Assembly: GCF_963921235.1 (NCBI RefSeq)
Contig: NC_086108.1
Location: 40,240,001-40,304,000, forward strand
Direction: 5' to 3'
DNA length: 64,000 nt
Source: Mobula hypostoma
Taxonomy: Eukaryota
In this document: positions 13,376 to 24,890 of the stretch, one piece after another
Position numbering within the stretch: position 1 is the first letter of the stretch
Layout: each line of letters starts with the position of its first letter
Translations under genes and position numbers: made by a program
The notes under the pieces: generated by a model
Told to the model about the DNA's origin: nothing
Seen by the model: the letters and a program-made list of their open reading frames with translations, nothing else
Databases searched by the model: none

Positions 13376-13616
13376 TGTTATATTTTGTAACTCCAAAACT
13401 AATTGAAAGAAAAACATGGATAATATGGACACTTTGTTCTTTCATTTAGTGAGGTGCGCACTTATGAAGTGGTGGTGTAATGATGTATGCCATTCACATA
13501 CTTCGTACATATAATACATTAAACATTGAATGACAAATAAACAAACAAACAATGCTTAATCAAACAATATATTTACAATGTTACTCAAATATTACTGAAA
13601 TGTTAAATACACAACA
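13376..13616 (-). repeat. 5' LTR of the Gypsy element
   Basis: tgttatattttgtaac...aaatacacaaca; adjacent to the PBS-like motif. Confidence 0.9.
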
Positions 13617-14124
13617 ACATCAATGCCTGATGCAGAGGCCGCAGTACTCAGGACCGAAAGAGGCTGCAGATGGTTGTAGACTCGGCCAGTTCTGTCACAG
13701 GCACGACCCTCCCCATATCAATGACGTTTTTCAGAAGTGGTGGCTGATGAAGGAGGCATTCATCATTAAGAATCCTCACAATTTGTTGCAAAAGAATAAA
13801 TTTCACATCATCTGCTAATGATAATAAATCTGATTTTAATTCTGGTCTTAGTAAGCAATCCCTTTATCCGGTTGCCCATCGGAACTAACCCAGCACAGTA
13901 GTGTCTCCTTATAACAATATCACCTCAGCCCTGGTAATATGATTCAAGACAGACTTGACAAGAAATTTCTTCTGAAGAGCGGTGAATTTCTGGAATCCTC
14001 TAAACAAGTGAAAGTGGGGGTTCAGTTGCTTAACATATTCAAGAGAACAGTAGACTTTTAGATATAAAACAAACAATGGATATGGGCTTCAATTTAAAGA
14101 GTATATCAAGCACTTAGCAAGTCA

Positions 14125-15103
14125 GACAGCATTTGAGGAGATATGGTGAGAGAGGGAAATAGGAAGTTTTCGGAAGTTTGAGAAATTGATGTTCATGTCA
14201 TCAAGTTGGAGGCTACCCAGATGGAATATAAGATGTTGCTTTTCCAACCTGAGTGTGACCTCATTGCGACAGTAGAGGAGGCCATGGACTGACATGTCAT
14301 AATGGGAATGGGAAGTGGAATGAAAATGGGTGGCCTCTGGAAAATCCTGCTTTTTCTGGTGGATGGAGCAAGGGTGCTCAACAAAGGGGTCTCCCAATCT
14401 ACGTCAGGTCTCACCGATATACAGGAGGCCACACCAGGAGAACCAAATACAGTAGCTGACCCAACAGACCAACAGGTGAAGTGTCACCTCACCTGGAAGA
14501 ACTGTTTGGGGTCCTGAAAGGTAGTGAGTGAGGAGGTGTAGGGATAGCTGTAGCACTTGTTCCACTTACATAGATAAGTGCCAGGAGGGAGATCAGTGAG
14601 GAGGGACGAATGGACAAGGGGGTCGTGTAGGGAGTCATCTACTGTATCTGTGATGAGGCCACTCTCAAGTTGGAGGAGCAACACCATGTATTCCGTCTGG
14701 GTAGCTTCCAAACTGGTGGCATGAACATCAATTTCTCAAACTTCTGGAATGCAACACTCCCCTCACCTTATTCCATTCCCATTTCCTCCTCTCACCTGAT
14801 CTCCTTACCTGCCCATCACCTCCTTTGGTGTTCCTTACCCTTCCCTTTCTTCCATGGCCTTCTGTCCTCTTCTATAAAATTCCCCTTTCTCCAACTCTTT
14901 CACCAATCGACTTCCCAGCTCTTTACTTCACCTCACCCCTCGCCCCTTGTATTTCTTGCTGTCCTCCCCCACATTCTTACTCTGACTTATCTTTTTTCTC
15001 TAGATCTGCGGAAGAGTCTCAGCCTGAAATGCTGATTGTTTACTCTTTTCCATAGATGCTGCCTGCGGCCTGCTGAGTTCCTCCAGCATTTTGTCCGTGT
15101 TGT
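14125..15103. mobile_element. Penelope-like remnant: GIY-YIG segment (-) fused to an inverted 3' end and pLTR (+)
   Basis: Minus-strand 'PGTYLCKWNKCYSYPYTS..FFQVR' and 'LRLEKQHLIFHLGSLQ'; plus-strand 'EEQHHVFRLGSFQ' followed by the pLTR with a decayed hammerhead at ~15002-15037. Confidence 0.85.
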
Positions 15104-15199
15104 TTCTATGAACAAAATTACAGTTTTAAACAAATCAGCTAAGACGATTATTAAACTAAATAATTAAAGATTTAGAAATAAGTAAGAAGGGTAAGTTTT

Positions 15200-18100
15200 T
15201 CCTTTTGTTATTGCTGATTTGGCTGTGGTTGCCCATAGTACAGTGCAGGCAGAACAGCAGATGTGGCAGTGGAATGTTCCTCCTGTAGGATGTGGGAATT
15301 CATGGAATCTGATGGTCTCCCTGATGACTACACCTGCGGGAAGTGCAGCCAACTCCAGCTCATGAAAGACTGCATTAAGGAGCTGGAGCTGGAATTGGAT
15401 GAACTGTCATCATCCAGGAGGCAGAGACATTGATAGATAAGACTTCTGAGCAGGTGGGTACACCCAGAGTACAGAATTCAGCGAGTAAATGGGTAACCAT
15501 CAAGAGAGGTAAACGGAGAAAGACGTCAGTGTAGGGTCCATTTCCCTAAGCAATCCTTTGGATACTGTTGAGGGAGATGACTTGTCTGGGCAAGGTAGCA
15601 GCAGCCAGACCAATAGCACTGTGGTCAGCTCTGAGCCTCAGAAGGGTAGGGTGAAGTCAGGCAGAGCAATAGTCATAGGGGACTCGATAGTTATGGGGGT
15701 GGATAGGAGATTCTGTGGCAGCAAAAGAGACGCCAGGATAGTGAGTTGCTTCTCGGATGCTGGGTCCAGGATGCCTCTGAGCGGTTGCAGAATATTCTGG
15801 AAGGGGAGGGTGAGCAGCCGGAGGTCATGATATATATTGGTACCAATGACATAGACAGGAGAAGGGTAGGGGCCTTGCGCAGTAGGTTTAGGGAGTTAGG
15901 AAGGAGGCTAAAGAGCAGGACCTCCAAGGTGGTAATCTCTGGATTACTCCCGGTGCACTGAGCTACGGAAGGACAGAACAGGAAGATAGTGCTGATGAAT
16001 GAGCGGCCGAAGTGATGGTGCAGGGCGCAGGGTTTCAAGTTCTTGGATCATTGGAACCTTTTCTGGGGAATGGGTGACCTGCACAAGTGGGACAGGTTGC
16101 ACCTGAACTGGAGGGAAACCAATATCTTGGGAGGGAGGTTTGATAATGCTATTGGGGAGAGTGTAAACTAGATTTGCAGGGGAGTGGGAACCGAAGTGAA
16201 GATTCAGAGGATAGGGTGGTTGCCACACAAGTAGAGACAGCTTGTAGGGAGTTTGTGAGGAAGGATAGGCTGATGATAGAGCAAAGATGCACTCAGCCAG
16301 ATGGTGTGTCTATGTTAATGCAAAGAGTATCATAAACAAGGTAGATGAACTTAGAGTGTGGATCAATAGGTGGAACTATGACATTGTGGCCATTAGAGAC
16401 TTGGATGTCTCAGGGGCAGGAGTGAATTCTGAGAGTGCTGGGCTTTGGATGTTTCAAATCAGGCAGGGAGCGAGGCAAAAGAGGTGGGGGTGTAGCATTG
16501 CTAATCAGGGTTAGTGTCACGGCTGCAGAAAAGTAGGAAGTTATGGAGGGATTGTCTACTGAGTCAGTGTGGGTGGAAGTCAGAAACAGGATGGGGACAA
16601 TCATTACTGCGCGGTTTTTAGTAACAGAGACAATAGTAACAGAGACAATGAGGAGCAGATAGCGAGGCAGATTCTGGAACAGTGCGATAATAATAAGGTT
16701 GTTGTGATGGGAGATTTTAACTTTGATAATATTGACTGGCCTCTTAGAACAAGGAGTTTGGATGGGGTGGAGTTTGTTAGGTGTGTTCAAGAAGGCTTCC
16801 TGACGCAATATGTGGATAAGCCAACGAGAGGAGAGGTGTACTTGATCTGGTATTGGGAAATGAACCTGGTCAGGTGTCAAATCTCTCAGTGGGAGAGGAT
16901 TTTGGAGGTAGTTATCACAAATCTATCTCCTTTACCATCGCGCTGGAGAGGAATAGGAGGAAACAATTTGGGAAAATATTTAATTGGGATGGGGGAAATA
17001 TGATGCTATTAGTCAGGAACTTGAGATCATAATTGGGAGCAGATGTTCTTAGGGAATTGCACGGCAGAAATATGGCAAATGTTCAGGGAACATTTGCATG
17101 GTGTTATGCATAGGTATGTTCCACTGAGGCAGAGAAAGGATGGTCAGATAAAAGAATCATGGTTTACAAAGGATGTAGGAAATCTAGTTAAGAAGAAAAG
17201 AAAAGCTTACGAAAGATTAAAGAAACTAGGTACTGTTCAGGCTCTAGGCATTAAGAAAGAGGACGTGCTGGAGCTTTTGAAAAAGCATTAAATTAGATAA
17301 GTCTCCAGGTCTGGATGAGATATACCCCAGGGAATCATGGGAAGCGAGGGAGGAAATCGCTGAGCCCCTGGCTCATGATCTTTGCATCATCAACAGGGAC
17401 GGGAGAAGTACCAGAGGATTGGAGGATTGCAAATGTTGCTCCCTTGTTCAAGAACGGGAGTAGAGATAACCCAGGAAATTATAGATCGGTGAGCCTCACT
17501 TCAGTTGTGGGCTAGTTGTTAGAGAAGATCCTGAAAGACAGGATTTATAAGCATTTGGAGAGACATATCTGATTAGGGATAGTTGGCATGGCTTTGTCAA
17601 GGGTAGGTCATGCCTTACGAGCCTGAATGAACTCTTTGAGGAAGTAACAAAACACATTGATGAAGGTAGAGCAGTGGATGTAGTGCATATGGATTTCAGT
17701 AAGGCATTTGATAAGGTTCTCTATGCAAGGCTCCTTTAGAAAGTAGGAGGCATCGGATCCAAGGAGACCTTGTTTTGTGGATCCAGAATTGGCTTGCTCA
17801 CAGAAGGCAAAGGGGGGTTGTAGATGGTTCGTATTCTGCATGGAGTTCGGTGACCAGCAGTGTTCCGTAAGGATCTGTTCTGGGACCCCTCCTCTTTGTG
17901 ATTTTTATAAATGACCTGGATGAAGAAGTAGAAGGGCGATTTAGTAAGTTTGCTGATGACACAAAGTTGTGGGTGTTTTGGATAGTCTGGAGGGTTGTCA
18001 GAAGTTCCAGCAGGACATTGATAGGATGCAGAACTGGGCTGAGAAGTGGCAGATGGAGTTCAACCCAGATAAGTGTGAAGTGGTTCATGTTGGTAGGTCA

Positions 18101-18851
18101 AATTTGAAGACAAAATATAATATTAATGATAAGACTCTTGGCAGTGTGGAGAATCAAAGGGATCTTGGGATCCATATCCACAGGCACTCAAAGCTGCTGC
18201 ACAGGTTGACAATGTTGTTAAGATGGTGTGTTGGCATTCATCAACTATGGGATTGAGTTCGAGATCCATGAGGTAATGTTGCAGCCAAATAAGACCTTAG
18301 TTAGACCCCACTTGGAGTACTGTGTTCAGTTCTGGTCACCTCATTACAGGAAGGATGTGGATACTATAGAGACTGTGCAGAGGACATTTACAAGGATGTT
18401 GCCTGGATTGGAGAGGATGCCTTAGGAGAATAGGTTGAGTGAACTCGGCGTTTTCTCCTTGGAGCAATGGAGGACGAGAGTTGAATTGATAGAGGTATAT
18501 AAGATGATAAGAGTCATTGATTGTGTGGATAGCCAGAGGCTTTTCCCCAGGGCTGAAATGGCTAACATGAGGGGGCATTGTTTTAAGGTGCTTGGAAGTA
18601 GGTACAGAGGGGATGTCAGGGGTAGGTTTTTCACACAGAAAGTGCTGGGTATGTGGAATGCACTGCCAGTGAAGGTGGTAGAGGCGGATACGATAGGGTC
18701 TTTTAAAAGACTCTTAGATAGGTACACAGAGTTTAGAAAAACAGAGGGCTATGTGGTAGGGAAATTCTAGGCAAGTTGTGGAATGTGTTACATGGTCAGC
18801 ACAACATTGTGGGCAGAAGGGCCTGTAATGGGTGGTAGATTTCTATGTTCT
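15200..18851 (+). mobile_element. Near full-length CR1 LINE (ORF1 zinc finger and SGNH esterase; ORF2 APE and RT), inactivated, with an internal deletion near 17245
   Basis: ORF1: 'CSSCRMWEF..DDYTCGKC', 'RAIVIGDSIV', 'IYIGTNDI'. ORF2: 'VYVNAKSIINKVDEL', 'VVMGDFNF', 'NYRSVSLTSVVG', 'SKFADDTK', '[15 protein letters not shown]', 'FFTQKVLGMWNALP'. The tail ttctatgttct lies at 18841-18851. Confidence 0.95.
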
Positions 18852-19779
18852 GTCAAAGAGATACAAAAATATCTGTAGTGTTGTCAGCCCTACAATCACC
18901 ATTTGAAATTACTGTGCTCATAATTCTGCTTCAGATTCCCCAATATAAATAGTGGGGAAACTCAGCAAATATCAGCACTGCCTCTAACCTTTCCAGGAGT
19001 GATTAGCAGCAGCATTCTGCTTGTCATTTGGGGATCTTCAGTTTCACATGACATTCGCACTGAGAAATCCAAGCCTGTCTCAATGTACAGTAATTTCTCT
19101 TGTGCGGGAAATTGAGCAGCATTACACATCATTGCCACTCTACGTTACTTAAGAAATCTACTCTTACTTTAACATCGCGGATATTTTTGCTGATTTGTTG
19201 CCAAAATTGTGAAACTTGTGCCTTACTCTGCACAGACGGTTCCCACGTTACGACAGGGTTCCATTCCTGAGAACTGTTAGTAACACAAATTGGTCATATA
19301 TTGGAAATGAACAATAACTGTGTGAAAGAGGATCACAGAAATAGCTTTGACTGGAGAGTAAGTAGGCACGGGAAGAGCATCCACCAGCCAACTTCACTGA
19401 CTGAGTGAGTCCGCTCAGTGCTCCCAGCTCTGGTAGGCGCGCCAGAGCCGCTGACTTGTTGTGGCTTGATAGGAGGTTGGGATGGCAGGGTGTGAAGATA
19501 TGCAGAAATGACCTGTGCTGTTCCCACCCCATAGAAGATGCCTGCAGCCCAGCAGCAGTCAGCAAATCCATTCTGCCCATCCCCCAAGTTTGTATGTGTA
19601 GGCTCCATGAATTGGGTGTGCATAATCAGGGAAGAGCCAGGATGTTGAGCCAAACTGGATTATTGGCAAGAATTGTACCATTGCTCTGTGTTAGTAAATT
19701 GTGCATACAGTTGACCACTTCCAAATCGAGACTCAACATAATTAGAGGAACAGCTCCTCATATGTTGCCAGGGCAGTTT

Positions 19780-20112
19780 CCAACTTGGTGGCAATTCTTA
19801 AGCCTCTGGGAACTGCTCCACCAATCCCCTTTCTCTCTCTTCCAGGCCCATCGGGGCACCGTCATCCTATCTCTTTCCCCTCCCATTTGTCCATGACCCA
19901 CACACCCCACCCTTTGTCACTTTCCAGCTCTGGTAAAATTTCCATTTGTTCCTCCCTTACCTGGATACACCTGTCTCCTACCCTTACCCTTTTTTCTACT
20001 ATCTTCCCGCTTTCTTTAGTCCAGGTGAAGGGTCTTGACCAAAAATATCTACCATTCATTTCCCTCCATAGGTGCTGCCTGACCTGCTGAGTTCCTCCAG
20101 CACTTTGTGTAT
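19780..20112 (+). mobile_element. Old Penelope-like pseudo-LTR fragment
   Basis: A pyrimidine-rich tract, then a decayed hammerhead (~20018-20053) and 'gctgcctgacctgctgagttcctccagcactttgtgt'. Confidence 0.7.
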
Positions 20113-21299
20113 TACTTTAAACAGCTTGTTCTTCTTCTCACCACTAAGAGTCGTAAGGCATTGTAAGCCCACCACTAACGTGAAAGAGCAGCATGGATCA
20201 TTCACCTTCAATGAAACCTGGGCAGGCGACTTGGATTGTTACGCTTGTATTGCCGTGGAAAATACTGTATATACTTTTAATGAATCCTTACAGTAGTTTT
20301 GTTGTTTTATCCGGATAGACAGATGATCAATTTGTTTCCACATATTTTTGAATCCAAAAGCTTCGGATATTCACAAACCAGCAATGTCGATTTTGCTGTA
20401 TTGTGTTTAATTTTTTTTCTCACATACATTCTTTTAGACTATATATTATTCTAGTCATCAAATTGCATTGTAAATATTTATAAATACCACAAGGTGAATT
20501 TCTGTAACCCAGATTGGAATAATTCAGGATGCACTGTTCAAAACATTTTTATTTTGATAATTCCTATTGTTTTCCATCTGCTTTGAAGAAAGAAAGGACA
20601 GAACTCTTGGTGCTCCATTTTTTTTCGTTTTCTTTCTGATTTCCCAGAGATCACAAAGTGATAGGTTATAAGTGTAAGAGCATGCTTGGAAATTGATATT
20701 TAATATTCAGGTGCCACATTATAGGGCTGAGGAATACATAACATCATAGCCAGCTGTGATCTCACTGAAGAGCCTCAAAAGATGAAAAGCTGAAAGGCCA
20801 ACTCCTGCTTTTATTTCCCGTGTTCTTATTTTAAAATTGAGTTAAAATGAACAAGTCACACCTGCTTGAAATCATGTGAACTCTGCACAGAACAAAAATA
20901 CATTTTTTTTAATATCACGGTTTTTTTTGTCTCAGTCTGTCATTTTTTTTTCCATTTGACTGAATGACTGTATTTCCGGCCTGAAACATCCGATTAACTT
21001 TTCTGATTTGACGTCATCCTAGTTGTAAGGTTTGGATAGGATTGATGGTGGGGGCAAAGGTTTGCTATTTGCCAGTTTACCATAATGGATATCAACAGAA
21101 CGTGGTAACTACATTTAACACAGTTTTTATCTAAAAATAATAATAATCCGTTTCGATCTCCAGCATGAATGAAAATTGCTGCATGCAGGTTCAAATAAGA
21201 TAAAACTTGATATTGAAGTATTGGCCCTATAAAATACTCACCATAAATCTCAGACCACTGTGAACAATTCCAATCCAAATGTAAACTTTACCTACCTGC

Positions 21300-21618
21300 A
21301 TATTAATTCGCCCGTATTCGCTAAGCGCTTCTTGGGGGAAGTTTCTATATAGTTTTGCACAAGCGAGCAACTTCCTGAAGATAGTGCTGAGAACCTATAG
21401 TGAGAGCGATGAGAGGCTATGAATTACATCACTTGTATATCAGGGACAACTGGTTCGGGGAATTGACAAACTTGAAGGAAGTTGCACGCATCGAACATCC
21501 ATCAAGGCAGACGTGTGCGCCCTTCTAAGTTAGTTTGAACTTTAGCGCGAATATCCAAGGTTTATTTATTTATTTTTGTTAACATCCCACAAATAAAAGC
21601 TGTGTTGTTTCTCGACAG
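21300..21618 (+). promoter_or_regulatory. Putative promoter / 5' regulatory region (CpG-enriched, transposon-free)
   Basis: A visible cluster of CpG dinucleotides in otherwise CpG-poor DNA, a TATA-like ctatatag at ~21345, and a position directly upstream of the signal-peptide exon. Confidence 0.4.
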
Positions 21619-21671
21619 GACGTATGGTGATTAACGTCCCAGCCAGAGCCGATCACCACCTGATTTAAAAC

Positions 21672-21744
21672 ATGGGCAAGTTTGCCTGTTTGAAATACTT
21701 GGCTCTTGCCGCAGCACTATTTGGTGCCACAGTTGAAGCTCAAG
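21672..21744 (+). CDS. First coding exon of a secreted or membrane protein (signal peptide MGKFACLKYLALAAALFGATVEAQ, phase-1 donor); gene unidentified
   Basis: Strong Kozak context aaacATGG; basic N-region, hydrophobic core and a V-E-A|Q cleavage motif. The donor CAAG|gtaaaa is at 21744/21745 and a candidate acceptor tgttgtttctcgacag| ends at 21618. The exon is too short for the ORF track. Confidence 0.72.
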
Positions 21745-23209
21745 GTAAAATAATGTCTTTCTCTCATTAACAGTGTATATATCTTCGCCATAAACGTTTT
21801 AATTTTATATTAGTAAATGTCAATGATTAACGGGTGAAAAGATATTTTGCTTTCTAAGTTAATGATGTGTAATATGACAAACTGAAATTATCCTTGCCCC
21901 AAAACATAATATAGTATTAAATTTGTATGAAACACTTTCCTATTAATTATTAGAAAAATATATTAATTTTGGAGAGAAATATAGCTGTTGGAGAAACCCC
22001 CTCTTTAGTGTAGAATCAAATAGTTTCCCTGTTATTGAGCAATTGTTTCAAAGGTGTGATTTTTTTTCTTGCTTATAGTAGGGACTTACAACCTTCCAGA
22101 ATACAGTTGGGACAATTAGCTTATTTAAACATAATGTATAATAAATTCCAAGGATGATTGTGACTTGTATCATCGGATGAACACCTCTGCGGGATGGTTT
22201 TTCAGTTGCTTAAGATTATGGCACTTTGCACGTTCAATGAAATTTTAACTTTTCAAGTATATTTTCAAGTATATTGTTCTTTCTGGATATACTGAAGTGT
22301 TATCTCAGTGTGAATTGGAAGACATGTACAGCATTGAATTTTGATTTTATTCAGTAATGATTACATTTTATATAGTCATTAGTGGCATTTGTGTCTATGT
22401 GAGCTGGTTGATCAAATTTAGAACCATGTGTAACTCAATTTTACCCGTACAGTTGAGAAAATATTTCTGTTTCAGAGGGTATTTAGTCAGTTTCGGATTC
22501 TGTTTGAACAAAAATATCACTTTTTGGTCATTATTAAGTCTTTTATCAGTAAGCAAGGTGTCACATTTTTATGTTCTTTTTTGTGAGCTGTAATATCAAA
22601 GCATATTCTCCAATTTTTTTTCTATGAATTTGTAGAATATTAGCACATCAAGTGTAATTGCAAAACTGACAAATATTAAACCAAAAATATCATTAAATGG
22701 GACCATATTCTTAACTATACGTGTAGATGAAGCAACGAGATTTTGGTTTGGATGGAAGGACGCCATTGATTGGTGTACTTTCTGGACATGCAGAATTTTG
22801 CACCACTTGTAAAGAATATGAAACAATGTTTTATTCTTTGCTGCTGATGTTATCTGCTACTCTTCTTATCTCGGGTTGTTTGTTCTAGTAAACAACTAAC
22901 TTCCTTGAATTACGCCTTCAGTTTTGGGGATTTTTTACATGGTTATTGTATATTGTATATTACATTTTGAATGTAAGGCAAAGAACAGAATTTCAGAATT
23001 GAGCATTTCAGAAGGAAGTGTTGGTATCACACCTAAAAACTAAAAGACGGGTACCTTTTCACCACTGGATTGCTATGTGCAGCTTGTGTCCCATAAACAG
23101 ATATAGTCCCCTGCAAATAGTCATCCCTCTGTTATCCCCAAGGTATTCTCAAGCTGTCATTTTCTGACAACATGGAGAAATATGTTTTTTAAAAGCCATT
23201 TACATTATC

Positions 23210-23810
23210 TCAAGGTATCCCAAAGCACATTACAAGCAACTGAATTCAAGAGACTGCAACGGCCAGCGGACATCTCAGTTTCCATGTGCATTTCCAGTTG
23301 TAATCTGGTCACCAATACCCATGCTTTCATGCCCATACAGACTTCTTGTTCAAACTTAGAACTACTGTATGTGCACCTGCTGCATAGTAATATTCCTGAG
23401 CATTTTACGAGTGTGGGACAATGGCTGGACATCAGATGGGATGGGGAAAGGTTGGCTGTGGTGGATAGGAGGCAAAAATACACCAAAAAGAATGAAATTG
23501 CAGCAGTCTTTCAACATCAGATGGGATGGGGAAAGGTTGGCCGTGGAGGTCAGATGGCACAGGTCCCAAAGAAAGGAATTTCAGTAAGAATGGCTAAACA
23601 GCCTCTATTACTGAATGTACCTAGCTAAGGCACAACTGCTTTGCAATAGCAATCTACCTGAGAGAGCAGATCCCACTTTGATTCAGTTTTGTATCCTGAA
23701 GCTGGCATCTATAACAGTGCAGCCTTCCCTCAGGACTGCACTGCGGTGACTGCTGATCTCAGGTGTGCAAGCCCCTGGAATAGGAACTCTTGTAATTCCT
23801 GCGCTGAGGA
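23210..23810 (-). mobile_element. Ancient Deu-domain SINE (SacSINE1-like), degraded, with extra internal sequence
   Basis: 'ggcatctataacagtgcagccttccctcaggactgcactg' and 'tcccaaagcacattacaagcaa' are reverse-complement matches to parts of 32335-32722. Confidence 0.55.
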
Positions 23811-24684
23811 TTAAGGCATGCTTGAACCTCTTCATTGTTTCTCATGTAGGTGCAGCTGAACATAGGCTTATGCATGAAGGATATTGGATCAACAAATGTT
23901 GATACTTGATGGGTCTTATATCATGAATTCAAATTTTTTAACATAACTCTGTAGGCCCACTCTGCTATTGGTGCATTACTAGATCCAGTGGATTATGATA
24001 TATTCACTTATCACACAAGTTCAGGGATTCCAGCTTTGATTTATCAGAAATAAAATGGAGCCTCACAGACAGTCTTAACATGTAAGGAGATAAGTGGGTT
24101 ACAGTCTGAAGCATTGGGACTCAAGATAGATATAGTCCATTCACCAATCAAGCCTCCTCTTTTGTTTGACAAAGCTAGATATGCACTCATGATTAGCTAC
24201 TTTGCAGCAACAATAAATTCTCCACACTAAGGTCCCCAGAATTTGAGACTCGTTCATACATTCACATTAAAAGGAGCCAGCACTTAGATAGACGAAGAAA
24301 GAGGAAGGAAAAGCCCATCACATAACTTGAACCACTAGATGGTGCAACTTTGTAGACTGCCCTAGCGAGTTCCGCCGACTACATGGAAAAAAAACGTAGC
24401 CAGTTTCACCAGAAGAGAACTCTGACAAATGGCTTCCTGGCATTCAGAAAGCAAGCAAGCAGATCACAGATGCAACACTGAATGAATTTATCTAACATAA
24501 TTTTAAAATCTTGATCTGGTGTCCATACCATTATTCATTTCTGGGGTTTTACTGAGCACCAATGGGCATGAGGTTTACACATGCAATATATAAAATTACT
24601 TAAATCACTCAGGAAGTTTACAGCCTTGTCATGGACTAAAAGTCCCATGTTACCCTTACGGAAGCTAATTCCTTTGTATTTATT

Positions 24685-24890
24685 CCATAGATTCAGATTC
24701 AATTCCACTGCTGTCAGTAAGGAGTTTGAATATACTCTCTGTAACCATGGGGGTTTGCTCTGGTTTCCTCCTACGTTCCAAAGCTGACTGTAGAAGTTAG
24801 TAGGTTGTTTGGTTACATGGTGTATTTGAGCAGCATTGGCTTTTTGGGCCAGAAGTGTCACTTAACTATGCTGCGTCTCTAAATATATAA
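24685..24890 (+). mobile_element. V-SINE (HE1-like) remnant
   Basis: B-box-like 'attcaattcc' and V-domain 'gctctggtttcctcctacgttccaaag'; same family as 43560 and 45130. Confidence 0.7.

Larger units (their letters stand above)
9557..13616 (-). mobile_element. Ty3/Gypsy LTR retrotransposon (Mag-like), internally deleted
   Basis: Two TG...CA LTRs (9557-9771 and 13376-13616), TSD gcatc/acatc, PPT at 9772-9780 (agaggggag on -), and PBS-like tggccacaag next to the right LTR. Gag starts 'MSGYIRKIEKFD' at ~13126, with twin zinc-knuckle remnants in ORF 12438..12629. RT fragments '[18 protein letters not shown]' and 'FSKIDLAEAYLQ' and integrase 'EHLVSDNGPQF' are present. Confidence 0.9.
7960..13845 (+). 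mobile_element. Degraded Rex/Babar-type LINE split by a Gypsy insertion (9557-13616)
   Basis: An APE-domain motif 'LLREFSIVILVAVYTP' lies in ORF 8110..8322, with RT remnants at 9070-9556. The sequence continues after 13621 ('FIIKNPH') and ends in 'atgataataaatctgattttaattctg' at ~13820-13845. Confidence 0.75.

Noticed and set aside
19248..19896. Overlapping 100-163 aa ORFs in a GC-richer patch
   Set aside because: No recognisable domain or convincing splice signals; the 3' part runs into a pLTR remnant.
21672..21744. Assigning a gene symbol such as COL12A1 to the signal exon
   Set aside because: Exon length and phase fit, but a signal peptide alone is not diagnostic, and I could not find the expected downstream FN3 exon in the window.
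23429..23549. Repeat-spacer-repeat resembling a minimal CRISPR array
   Set aside because: Only two repeats, non-palindromic, in a vertebrate context with no cas genes.
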